Below the pieces are notes generated by a model, which was not told the DNA's origin, ran no database searches, and saw only the letters and a program-made list of their open reading frames with translations. A DNA stretch of 63,187 nt, the filler included, from Kipferlia bialata (taxonomy: Eukaryota), in assembly GCA_003568945.1 (NCBI GenBank). It is 6 parts of 6 records of this genome, joined end to end, with 100 filler letters (N's around TTAATTAATTAA, not from the genome) between each part and the next. Parts side by side here need not be neighbours in the genome. Positions count along the whole stretch, not along the records: positions 26,207 to 39,186 come from BDIP01001001.1; 5 more parts are not named here. One strand, written 5' to 3'. Below, one piece after another: positions 26,236-39,286 of the stretch (its first letter is position 1; every line of letters begins with the position of its first letter). Made by a program: the position numbers and the translations under genes.

Positions 26236-29200
26236 GACACCCTCTATGACATGCACATGGCCCTTGGCGTGTCAGTGCTCAGGAGCATGCAGGTCACGCA
26301 GGTATCATTATATATATGTATATTAATACACAAGGTGTAAGGTGTGATACATACATATCACGCATGTATGATATATATATTGCAATATATATACCCTTAT
26401 AGATACCCATGCACATGTGAGTGTCAGTGCTCAGGAGCATGCAGGTCAGTATGATCCATAAACGTGGTGTATGTCGTGTTCTAACTCATTTTGTGTATAT
26501 CCTATAGTTCCTTTTGAGTTTCTGGTATACTTACCCCTCCAGGTCACTGTCGTTGTGTGTCAGCTCTGGCGGTCCCTGCCCCAGCTGAGGTGTCACTACC
26601 TCAGGTATGCATGGGTCAATATATACCTCAATTCTATATTGAATACTGACTCAATTATGGTACGTTGCATGCTTCACTGATGCTGATACTGATACTGATA
26701 CTACCTCAGGTATGCAAGGGTCAATATACATCTGCTCTGATGTGGATTTTCTTCAATGTCTATACTGATACCAATATGATGATTTGCGTATTCTCTCTGT
26801 TTAGATACCCCTCTCATATTTATTTCGTTATATATATATATATATATATATATGATTGTATATACCCCTCTCATTGTCAGGTCTGTCAGGCACCGCAGGC
26901 AGGAGCCAGTGGATATGCACTGTGCCCACTCCATCTTTGGATACGGGGCACTGGAGGGAGAAGTAGTGAGAGAGGCATCTGTCAGGTATGGAGTATAGTG
27001 AATATAGTACAGAGTGTATAGTAATGGTGATATGCACATGTGGCATACAATCTCTTACATCTAGGTCCCAGTGCAATGCCCAGTTCTCTGAAGCTACACA
27101 GACGCATATATATACATGTATAGCTAGAGTAATATACATGCTATTTCATTAACAACCAGATCCCAGTGCAATGCCCAGTTCTCTGATGCACTCAAGCTGG
27201 ACATGGCAGGGTTGAAGGCTATTCCAAGGTGTGTACATATACATATATATAGTTATGTATATAAGTATGTGTGTATATGCACTCAAGCTGGACATTGCTG
27301 GGCTCAAGGCTATTCCAAGGTAAGAATCAGTATCAGTATTCCTATCTTTATTGCATCTCTATTTCTGGACATCGTAGAAACCTAGAAAATATAGAAGTCT
27401 AACTTCCTAGGAACGGTGCCTTTGAGTGTCTGACTGTGGCAGGCAGTGCAGCGGGGAGGGAGGGCGCAATGCAGGTATACACACTATATCTATATTTATA
27501 TATCTGTCTATATATAGTGTGTATATATAGAATATCATATCATATATATAAAGAGAGAGGGGGAGAGAGAGAGATTATCTGTATCTGTGTTGTCAGTGCA
27601 GCTGGCAGGGAATGCGCAATGCAGGTATTCATACATACACAACCATACGTATATGTATAGCGTAGTATTTCATTGTGCAGTATGATATATGAAGCTGGGA
27701 CACAAGCTATTTCTCCAAGTGTCTCCATCCCTCCCCCCCCCTCCATTTCCCCTTTTAGAAAGGTATGTGTCATTCTATGTCGTCTCACCCTTAGGAGCAG
27801 CTCCTGTCCCTGCGTCCCTCCAGTGGATACACACACAGTGTGGCAGTGGACGTGTCATTCAGACACACACAGGTATAGAGTGTGTATACATATCCATTCA
27901 TATAGGTTCTATACTGAAGTGTCCATCCTAACCCCAGACCACCCTGGGTGCCGAGGAGATCCTCTGCCAGATACTGGAGCACCCCATACTCAGGTACGCA
28001 ATAACATATTTACATGTCAATCTTTACATGTCAATTGTTGTGAATTGAGTACCCCGCTTGCTTGGCTTTCACTCTGTCTCACAGTATAGTTGCATAAGTT
28101 CATTGGTATATCATTTAGTATATCAACGATTATTGCTTAGATTGCTTTCACTGCTCTCACCCCTTCAGAATGGCAGTCCGCATGAGATACATGAACGACG
28201 CCTCGAGGCGCTTTGCAATCAAGGTATCTGTCTACCAATGTACAATTGTAATGAAATGCACTAGGCAACATTTGTGTTTCCTATTGCCACTATTCTAATG
28301 GTATTGAGTTATATTTGGTTATTGGATTAGTAGCAATGCCCTAACCCGTTAGGATAGCCATCTCCCCACCTACGAGTATGCCTATGACTATGGCCCCCTG
28401 GACCAGCTGCTGAGGACGATGAAGCACATCGAGTATGCAGTCATGTACATACCCAAGCAGGTATACTAATATACAGTGTATATGTAGTGTATAGTATGTA
28501 TATACATACATAGAGAGAGAGAGACCATGAAACACATCGAGTATGCAGTCATGTACATACCCAAGCAGGTAGTGGTATAGATAATGATTATTTTACACTT
28601 ACACATGTGTAAATGTATATTCCTTCGGATTGTGCTTCCCAGCAGCATTTCCTTGTGCATATCGAAATGGATGTCTACTTCTATACCATGTGCGAATGCG
28701 CCCTTGCTCACTCTAGATCGTTGCCCCCAGCGGTATCTCCCTCGTCCATGTCATCAGACTGGGCTGCAGATGGACAGAGGGGGAGAGAGACCTCTCAGAG
28801 GAGCAGGAGAGACTGGCTGAGAGCACCGCCCTTGCTAACCCACACTACAGTGCTAGTATGTCCCCCACTACCACTTCTAGAGAGACCATGGGTGATACTA
28901 GAGAGAGGTCCTACATGATATCCAACGAGACCTCCCACCCCATACCATCCCCCACCAGAGGGGGTAGGGCAATGACTAGAGACCTGTCTGCATCGATGCT
29001 CAGCACAGCACCTGCCCCATCTCAGGTGTGTATATGTATGTGTGTATATATAAATATATATGATACATTGTGTTTATTATACATTATATATATAGTATGT
29101 CTGCATCGATGCTAAGTGCAGCACCGGCACCTGCACAGGTATGTATATATATATATATATATGTATATATAGTATATATAGTATATACGTATATGTCTTC

Positions 29201-32200
29201 ATCGATGCTAAGTGCAGCACCTCATGTATGAATATATGTGTGTATATATGGTGCAGTGTGGTGATATTTGTGATGCATACTTCTCACTCTAGGCCGGCAT
29301 GGAGAGAGAGAGAGAGATGTCCGTTGGTGCCGAACAGCGTGGTGTCTCTGTGGTGCGTCGGAGAGTGCCCCCCTCCCACTCTAGGTAATCTCAAATACTA
29401 CTCACAATACTATATAATTGTTTATATTCTTATGTAATTATGAAATCTTAGAATATACTCCCACTCTAGGACACCCCTTGCCCCGTACACACCCCTACCC
29501 ACACCTGAATCCTTAAATACTATATAAAATACTATAGTATTATATGTAATCTAATGAACCACTCCCACTCTAGGACACCCCTTGCCCAGTACACACCCCT
29601 GCCCACACCTGACCTGGCTCAGATCAGTGGAGGGGCTGAGACACAAGTATGTATTATTTATATCTATCTATATATATTTATATATATTATATCAGTTCTT
29701 TGGAGGGGCTGATACAGGTAGGTATCCCTTTTCCGTTGGATAATTATTGCATGTATTCCACACTTTTGTATATGCATATATCTTTGTGTAGAAGGTTAGT
29801 TACTGACCCCCCAGGGCGATGCCCAGTACGGTGACCTATCCACCAGTGGCCTAGGTGGTAAGGATAGGGAGAGAGAGAGAGGAACATCCCCACATGCAGG
29901 GGGGTCCCCTCTCTCATCCTCCAGCCGTCTCGACCGTTCAGACCGTCTGGACCGTTCTGGCCTCTCCCCTACCCTGGCTGGCTCAGACTCCTCTATATCA
30001 GGGTCTCTGAGACTGGAGACACTACTCAAGGGACTGGGACTCTCTATCACGGCAACAAGGTGCGGTATCGCAGTATATACGACGTAGAAAACATTTGTAT
30101 CGAGTATGCTTATGATTCTCTTCTCTAATTTTTAGGCTCCAGACCCCCCCTCGCTCTGTGTCTCTGTCGGTGCTGCACAGGCAGAGGGTGTCACTCAGTC
30201 TGCAGGTGATTATTGTTATATATATGTGAATTATATATACACATGTATGAATATACAAACTATGGATATATACATGTGTGTGTCTCTGTCTGTCCTTCAT
30301 AGACAGAGGGTGTCCCTGAGCTTACAGGTGTGGACTCATACGTATTGTTATACATTTTTGTCTATGTGCGCATATGAGTACTATATACTATCCTTAAGGC
30401 AGAGGTTTTCCTTGAGCGTCCAGATAGTATAATAATAACCAATCAGATGTATTCGGGTATTATTTGGAGACATTTATCAGTAATATAGTAAAGTTCCCTT
30501 ACCTCTAGGACCAGCTCCTAGCCCTTGTGTGTCTCAGTCCTATATACACATCATATTATATATATATATATATATGTATGTGTGTGGGTGGGTGTATTTC
30601 CATGTCTTACGCCTAGGATCAGTTACTGGCCCGTGCCCTTGTGTGTCTCAGTCCTGTAGCAGTCATACTACACATTAATACACATGTAACAGTATATATA
30701 TATCGGTGTCCTTAACAACAGGATCAGCTCCTGGCCCGTGCCCTCCTCTGTCTGAGGCACAGCCAGGCACAGACCGGACAGGGGTACAGAGACATGTTCA
30801 ATGCATTCTATGCTAGGTATGACTCTATGTATATAATTATCTTTTAGGTGTATGACATACGGGTGTATGTATATACAGTATGTAGTCGAGTACATACAAA
30901 GCAGGCTACTATATTTCTGTAACGACCTTTACGAGTACATACATATTTGTATATATGTCTAACCCCTAGGCACCGCGATTGCCAGATGATCCCAAGAGTA
31001 TATGAATATGTATATAGATAGTATATGTATATATATATATATAAATATAGTATATGTATATATAGTATGTTCTATTCATGTATATTGTGGATATGTCTGA
31101 CTGCTAGGCACCGTGATGGCCAGGTGATCCCAAGTGGTGTGTCACCCATACCCACCCTGGCACTCAGGTATGAATGTGTATATATATATATATACGCATA
31201 TGGGTAATTCATTTTAATATTCATTAGAGAAATCAATCACTGATTGTCTCACCCCCAGGTCCTCCTAGACCCAGCCCAGACATAACTTTGGATATTTCCC
31301 TCCACTATTCCTCTATGTTGGTGTATGTCTCTACAGCATGTGCATCTCACCCCCAGGTCCTCCTATCCCAGCCCAGACAGACTCGCCCACCTGCAGAGGG
31401 AGAAGGTACATGATATGGCAATGTATTCGTATTTGAATGTATTGTTTACATTTCGCATCTCACAATCAGATCTTTGAGACCCCTATCTTAACTCTTACAT
31501 GCATATATAATTATATATACTCACATTTAGATCTTTGATACCCTGGACGTCAACCTCGACTACGAGCACCCCTACGCCGAGACGTCCAGCCCCACCCCCG
31601 CACCCCTGTCCCTCACTCCATTCCTCTCAATGCTGTGTGACAAGTATGCACTGTCACCCACATCCACACTCGCACAGTCACCGGCCGGGGTGTCACCCTC
31701 CAAGGTATGTATGTATGTGTATATGTATTTAGTTATACAAATTTGTATATATATATATACCCAATAATGTATAGTTGTCTCTTTGTCCTAACCCCCAGGC
31801 TGACTGTGGTATTGAGGTACACAGTGTATCATAGATACATGTATAGTGTAATATAGCTATATGTTATCATACTATGCATGCTATGCCTGACCCCAGGCTG
31901 ACTGTGGAATTGAGGTCCTGACTCGCCCTGCATCAGGGGCATTCCACCAGGTACAGATCCTGATAGATATATACTAATGTGCAAAGAAATACTATTGTAT
32001 ATTAATATATATAGAGAGAGAGTGATATATATATTTCTATACATTCCTCAGGGACATTCCACCAGCTGGGGTCATTATGCATCCCTCATATATGACCATA
32101 TCTATCCTATGCTATATATGTGTCCCAAATGTAGTATATATATATATTGAGAGACAGGATTCATATCCTCTAACCCCAGGTCAAGGCTGGTGTTGCCACC

Positions 32201-33824
32201 CTCCTGTCTACCCTGTACACACACCCAGAGGCACTTGTCTTTGTAGGTATGGTACACTTAATGATTCCTGTCTATCCCAATCCCAATAGCAATAGCAAGA
32301 CCTGGGTATGCTTACACACTGTATCATTGTATAAGTATTGCACTACGAGGCTGTGACATACAATTTATACCATTACTCATGCGTAAAATTCATGATTATT
32401 ATGTAAATGCAATATTGTTACATGATGTCTCACCCCAGGCCAGGGCCTAGACAGTGACTCTGCAATATTTACCAATATACATACTCTTGTTATATGACTG
32501 CAGTACATATATGTATATCTTGTTGTATACCCACTCCCCCCAGGCCAGGGCCTAGACTCCGAGTCATCCTCCCGCCCCCTCCTAGCCTCCATCCTTGTAC
32601 ATACCTTGCTGGCCCCTGCACCCTCTCTGTCCCTGTGCCAGTCATCGGCACTGCTCAACCAGAGCCACATACAGACACAGGTATATAGATATATATTTAT
32701 ATAAATTGTATGTTACCGCAAGATAGCTTATGTTGTTAAATATTTATGATAATTGTGGATAACATAGTGAAACCGCACTGATATCCAGGCCCAGTCCCCC
32801 TCACTGCCCCCAGTTGCCTTCTCCGCCACCCCCCTATCTCGCGTTGTGGCACTGACCATCTACATGCACTTTAAGGCAACGCAGGAGAGAGTGGCAGAGA
32901 GAGCACAGAGAGAGAGAGAGGACATCGTGGGCAGGTCCTGGCTAGACTGTCTACTAGGTGCATTGACAGAGAGTGACACATGTCTGGAGTGGGGCAGGGA
33001 AGTACTATCCACCTCTGTGTCCACCTTGGTTGAGTGGAGCAGACTGGGGTACGACCTACACGTTGAGCTCAACTCTCCACACGGTGTGGAGGCTGCCTGT
33101 GACAGGCTGGGTGACCTGTTGGCAGTGTTCACGGCATGCATATCAGAGTGTGTGACTAGCTGTCCACCCATGATCAGAGACACGCTCAGGTATATATATA
33201 TATATATATATGAATGAGTACACCATATATTCTGTATACTAAATATATGCTATATATATGTATTGTTGGTATCAAGGCCACGCTGTCCACCCATGATCAG
33301 AGACACGCTCAGGTATATGTATAGGCTTACACATTCTCTCTCTCTCTGTGTTACACTTTCTATCTCTATATTTATCCATTCATATATATATCGCTTCATA
33401 TCTGATTCTTAGGCACATGCGCACCTGGTACACAATCTCTCTCTCTCTCTCTCTTACTGACTCTCTTACAGTCAGACACATGCGCACCTGTGCCGGTGCC
33501 AACAATACCCAGGACCTCTCCTTTGCCAGACTGGTGGTGCATGCCCTGCTCAAGAAGTGTCTGAACCACCCTGTTGGGAGTGGTCTTGTATCCTACGAGA
33601 CAGGTATGCATATAAATATAAGTAGACAGATGTATATATACAATACTTACACTAGGACATGATGCACATGCCAGTGTCTTGTACTCCAACCTCTCCCTCC
33701 TTGGTGATATACTATGTATACTATATACACACACACATATATATATATATATAGTACTTACAATAGGCCATGACAGCCACGACAGTGTTCTGTACTCCAA
33801 CCTGTCTCTCCTTGGTGATATACC

Positions 33825-33866
<42 letters not shown>

Positions 33867-34349
33867 GTACTTACACTAGGCCACGACAGTGTTCTGTACT
33901 CCAACCTCTCTCTCCTTGCTGATGTACTATAGACACTATATATATATAATACGTACACTTACTTACCCTAGGTCATGACAGCCATGCCAACGTGCTGTAC
34001 TCCAACCTGTCTCTCCTGGCTGATGTCATTGAGACATGTGCATACCCAGACGGCAGTGTCATGTCACCCCTGCAGATGGGAGGGAGAGTGGCCAGTTGGG
34101 TCTACAAGATGAGGTAATGCACACTATACATCTATTACATGTATTCGTCTACTATTCATCATCTTACCGCTAGGGAGACCCTCACCTCTGTCCGTGCCAA
34201 CTCCCTATCAGTGGTTGCACAGCAGCTGGCAGACGGAGGCTCCCTCCTGACACCCCTGCCCATACCATACCCTCTGCCACAGAGTGTGGAGGGAGGGGTG
34301 GATAGAGAGCTACTCTCAGTGGCCCCCGTGGCAGGTATAGAGTACTATA

Positions 34350-34386
<37 letters not shown>

Positions 34387-34542
34387 GGAGGAGTGGACAG
34401 GGAGTTACTCTCTGTCGCACCAGTGGCAGGTATTATTCTTGCATAATTAGTTAGTTCACTCATGTATATTTATACATTTGGGTATATAACTCACCCCAAG
34501 CACTGTGATCCCGTGTTCCTCTGACATTGTTGACTGTCCCAT

Positions 34543-34581
<39 letters not shown>

Positions 34582-36934
34582 ACACCCTAGGTACTGTCAT
34601 CCCCTGCTCGTCTGACATTGTTGACTGTCTGGCCTCTCTCATACACGTCCAGATGCCCAGAATCACAAGGGGGTACCAGGTACACATACGAATACTACAT
34701 GTATTGTATACATCTTCATATACATATTCATATATGTGTTTGTGTGTCGTAGTGAGTATATATCTAACCCCCCAGTCCCTACACATTGATGATGGCCTGC
34801 AGTGCCCATCTCTCTCTCTCTATCTCTCTCTCTATATATATACATTCCTATTCATTAGTATACACCTTACCCCCAGTCCCTGCACATGGATGGTGGTCTG
34901 CAGTGCCTGGCCAGTGACAGCCATGTCTACAAGGAGACACAGGTGTGTTATACTATATTATATTATGGTATATATATGACAGACTAGAAATATGTATATA
35001 TGAATAGTGCTTATGTAGATGGAGTAACAGTCATGTCTACAAGCACACACAGGTATAGATTATTATATAATAGTATACATTTGAATGATATGTATGAAAT
35101 ATGTAATCTATTCCCACCATGAAGTCATACTGAGTGTGTTCCAATGTGTATTATTGTATATAAAGACGTAAGCTCACACATCAGACCTGCCTGGTCCATT
35201 GTCTGCCAGCTGTCTACAACTATACTATTATATACGTATATGTAAATGTTTCATATTCCTATTCCTAATATAGCTTCTCTCACCCCTCAGACCTCCCTGG
35301 TGCATGGTCTGCCAGCTGCTATACTAAATATAGTACTCTACACATTGGCGTATATATTGAGTGTACATATACACTATAGGCTTCCTGTCTATCTCACCCC
35401 TCAGACCTCGCTGGTGCATGGTCTGCCAGCTGTCAAGGCAGCGCTCAAGGGGGTGACCCCATTCACAAGGTACTTGTATATGTGTTAGACGGCGAGTGGA
35501 ATGTGCCAAGAATATTTTAGTACTATTTATACCTTCTCTAGTCTCTAAAGTCTAACCCTTAGATCCAAGGACAATGTGCTCTTCACAAGGTTCAGTGATG
35601 TGTATATATATAACTCATATATTCGTAGAAAGATATGTGTATGATATACGTTATCCTCTTAAGATTCACCCCCAGGCCCAGGGACAACGTGCTCTTCACA
35701 GCGTCTGTGTACAGGGACAGTGCAGGTGTGTGGATTAGAGTCAATACAAGGCATTCATTGCATGTATTAGTAGTGTTATACTCATTCCCACCTCTGCCTT
35801 TGCCACTGTGCTGAGGCATAAGTACTGATATACCTATATGTGTATATATGTAACCATGCAGTATCCCCACCTCTCACTGTGACAGAGACTAAATTGAATT
35901 ATTTGTTATTGCAATTATCTGTTGTGTTATAGATAGTCCATGGATACTTATATTTCCAAATTGATAGCTGTTCCCACCTGACGCTGTGCAGAGGCACAGG
36001 GTGGATGCATATGTATATTTATATACTCAAGTACTCATGCGTAAAGTCAATATCTCTAACCATGCAGGTGTTCCTACTAGTGCCTTTGACGCTGTCCAGA
36101 GACACAGGGTGGATGCTGACCCAGTCACAGCCCATGTCAACGAGGCAATACTGGACAGGTATGTGTATGTATAAATGTATGTGTGTATCCTATCATTGTA
36201 TATGTCTCATATCAGCTATGCCCTTGTGCAGAGTGGTGTCAGGATGGACAGTGTATATATATACATATATATATATTTATATATATATATAATACTGTAT
36301 ATACTCATCCCAGCTATGCCCTTGTGCAGAGTGGTGTCAGGATGGACAGGGACAGGGTGGACAGACACGTGTTCCAGAGGTATGGTGTATCATATATATA
36401 TATAGTTATACATAACACTTCCATAGTAAATCTGGATAGTATAATGTATATATATAATCATTGGTATGGACAGGGACAGGGTGGACAGGCATGTGAGTAT
36501 GGGAGTCATTTTAGAGAGAAACATTCTGGAGTATCATCTTGAAAGAAGTATGATATCTTGAGATAACAGAAATCAAAGTTTCTAATAATTGGTGTATCTT
36601 CTCACCCCAGGGCTGGTGAGTTCAGCCAGGGATACAGTGACCCCGTTGCTCGCACAAGGTATGGATGGTGGTGTCTCTCCAGCATTGTCTTGTGTGTGTA
36701 TATATATATACATAGGGATATCTCACATAGGGAGACTGTGGCCCTTTCCCATGCTCTCGCTCTCCATCTTTCTTAGATACGTTTCTCTTGTATATGAATC
36801 TATATCTATCTGACCCCAGGGAGGTTGTGACCCTTCTCCAGACCGAGTCCTCCAACATTGTGTACAGGACATACATCAGTGCACTGTACACAGAGCTGGA
36901 GGGATGTTTGGCAACAGCAATCCAGGTATAGTTC

Positions 36935-36968
<34 letters not shown>

Positions 36969-37656
36969 CGCATATATTAAATACACATGTATATATATAC
37001 ATCAGATCAGTGCTATTCAGGTTTGTATATAAATGGGTATATACCATTGCTCTATTTGATTATAGGTGTAAGTCAGTGTATTAGTGGTTCTTATGTATTA
37101 GTATACGTATAAGTATGTGTTACTATAAACATAGTCTTACCCCCAGGCCACCAACAGCACCACCGAGCAGTACCATATATATACTAATTATACATAATTG
37201 TACTTGTATTAATTATTATATAAATGTAAAATGTGTGTATTACACGCATGATTCTCACCTTAGGCCACCAACAGGCATAAGGATGTGTTATTATGTACAT
37301 GTTCTTACACTCAGAGTACCAACAGCACCAACGAGCAGTACCAGCGCTACCTAGCCCCATCCGGCACAGAGAGCACTGGGAGAGGGAGAGTGGGGGATAG
37401 TACCCCTAGGTCCCCCCTGCCTGCGCCCTTCTCCCCCCAGGCCCTGCCCATAGTGCCCATAGTGCCCATAGTGCCCATAGTGCCTATAGTACCCATAGTG
37501 CCTATAGTACCCATGGTATCATCCCCACCTGTGTCTGCACACCCTGCTGTGACACCACCCCTGTCCAGACCCTCAAAGCTGAGGTATATACATGTATACA
37601 TATATATATATGCTTACTTATATACTCAAAGCTCAGGTATTGTATATATTGCTATG

Positions 37657-37688
<32 letters not shown>

Positions 37689-38372
37689 TTATAGTATTCA
37701 TGTATATATACACCCTGCCGTGACACCACCACTGTCCAGACCCTCAAAGCTAAGGTGTATAGTATATCTACTAAACAAATATATATATGGAGTGATAAGC
37801 ATTGTGTTCCCTATTAATTGGCTCTCATACCCAGGTTTGTGACCGATGAGAGTGGGTTTGTGGTGAGTAAGGGTCCAAGGGAGGCTGGGGCAGTGACCCC
37901 ACCCACCCCAGACGGGTACTACACTGAGGTATGGATATATGTATACGGCATAGACATGTATTGTTAATATATATATTCATGTATATCACACCAACCCCAG
38001 GACCAGCCCGACCTGCCCCTCCAGTCAGCTGCCCTTGCCAACCCACCCACACCCACTGTGTCTGGTACATCTAGTACCTACAGTGCCTATAACACCACTG
38101 GTACCACTGGTATGGGTAGGAGTAGACTGGCAGTGTCGTGGAGCAGTGCTAAGCAGCCAGAGCCAGTGAGGGAGAGGCAGCCCGAGAGGAGTGGGCGCCC
38201 TGTTGTGTCCTGGAGCAAGGCACCCTCCCAGGCTGAGCTAGAGAGAGAGAGAGAGCAGAGAGAGCAGAGGGAGGCTGCCGCTAGAGCCCCCTCCCACACA
38301 CCCTCCCCTGTCGATGGAGGGACGCAGTTCTACTCACTCCTGCAGTCATTCAGGTCCAGACAGGGACAATAG
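26236..38372 (+). CDS. Large multi-exon protein with a divergent RasGAP-like domain, possible RasGAP_C-like segment and Pro/Ser-rich tail; 5'-partial
   Basis: More than 30 phase-compatible exons ending ...LLQSFRSRQGQ* (TAG 38370-38372). The segment GREVLSTSVSTLV...VELNS...SCPPMIRDTLRHMRTCAG...LVVHALLKKCLNHPVGSGLV...SNLSLLADVIETCA follows the order of RasGAP helices; ...NEQYQRYL recalls RasGAP_C. The gene is well supported; the domain call is an inference. Confidence 0.6.
33656..34030 (+). repeat. 5' half-exon echo array in RasGAP-like gene (GHDSHANVLYSNLSLLAD)
   Basis: Echoes start at 33656, 33767 and 33880; live exon starts at 33972. Confidence 0.9.
37446..37513 (+). repeat. 9-bp coding tandem repeat (GCCCATAGT-like) encoding (PIV)x7
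   Basis: Direct reading: LPIVPIVPIVPIVPIVPIVPIVPMV. Confidence 0.9.
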
Positions 38373-38752
38373 GTGTCTACGCTGTTTCGCGGATAGTGCA
38401 CTCAGATTATTATTAATCCAGACAGGGGCAGTAAGTGATTTGGTCATATCTTGCTTACAGTAATAGCAGAGAAGTGGGAAATTGTAGTATATATGAATAG
38501 ATGACTTGTATGAGTGTCTTTGACCAAGACTTCTTTGTTCTCATCATTCTACTGTCTTCCTTTACAAATTCAAGGTTTCATCTCTTCAGTCCATATGGAT
38601 GACTGAGTGGTCGTAGAGTGACTGCTCAGAATTCGTTTCCTAGCAAGGCCATCTATTACAGCAAGTTGCTGTCAGCAACTACCTCTTCAGGAGAACTCTT
38701 CCACCTCTAGAACTTGTATCCTGACTCTCTCTGGAGTACAGAGAGTTCACTG

Positions 38753-38791
38753 ACCAAGACGACAGTCCAGACTCTGGACTGTCGTCTTGGT
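38753..38791. repeat. Perfect inverted repeat, 19-bp arms, 1-nt spacer
   Basis: ACCAAGACGACAGTCCAGA-C-TCTGGACTGTCGTCTTGGT. Confidence 0.95.
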
Positions 38792-39186
38792 TAGATTGTA
38801 ATTGGTATAATGTATACCACCCTCTCACCAGTTTGACTCACCAGTTTGGATACTGATACTCATACGGACAGATAGATACAATACAGTGTATTATACACCC
38901 TATCGTATAAAGCAACCTGGCAGGCAGTACTTCTATATCTCCGCTAAGTATCAGTACCAGTACCACCAGTCTGATTCTACGTCATACCCTCAGTCCCATG
39001 CATTGGAAGGATAATACTCCCAATGCAAATGTACATATCTATATTGATATCAGTCTGCTGATACCACCTATACGCACTCGTTGCCCATGTACTGGAAGGA
39101 GAATATGGGACACATAGGGTTTTGACGCTTTTTGATGATTGATGTCTATATGTCCTAGATGATTGATGATTGATGTCTATATGTCC

Positions 39187-39286
39187 NNNNNNNNNNNNNN
39201 NNNNNNNNNNNNNNNNNNNNNNNNNNNNNNTTAATTAATTAANNNNNNNNNNNNNNNNNNNNNNNNNNNNNNNNNNNNNNNNNNNN
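39187..39286. other. Artificial contig linker
   Basis: Same N/TTAATTAATTAA/N structure. Confidence 0.98.

Noticed and set aside
39134..39186. Duplicated GATGATTGATGTCTATATGTCC at contig end as telomere or element terminus
   Set aside because: Only two copies at an assembly break; no further evidence.
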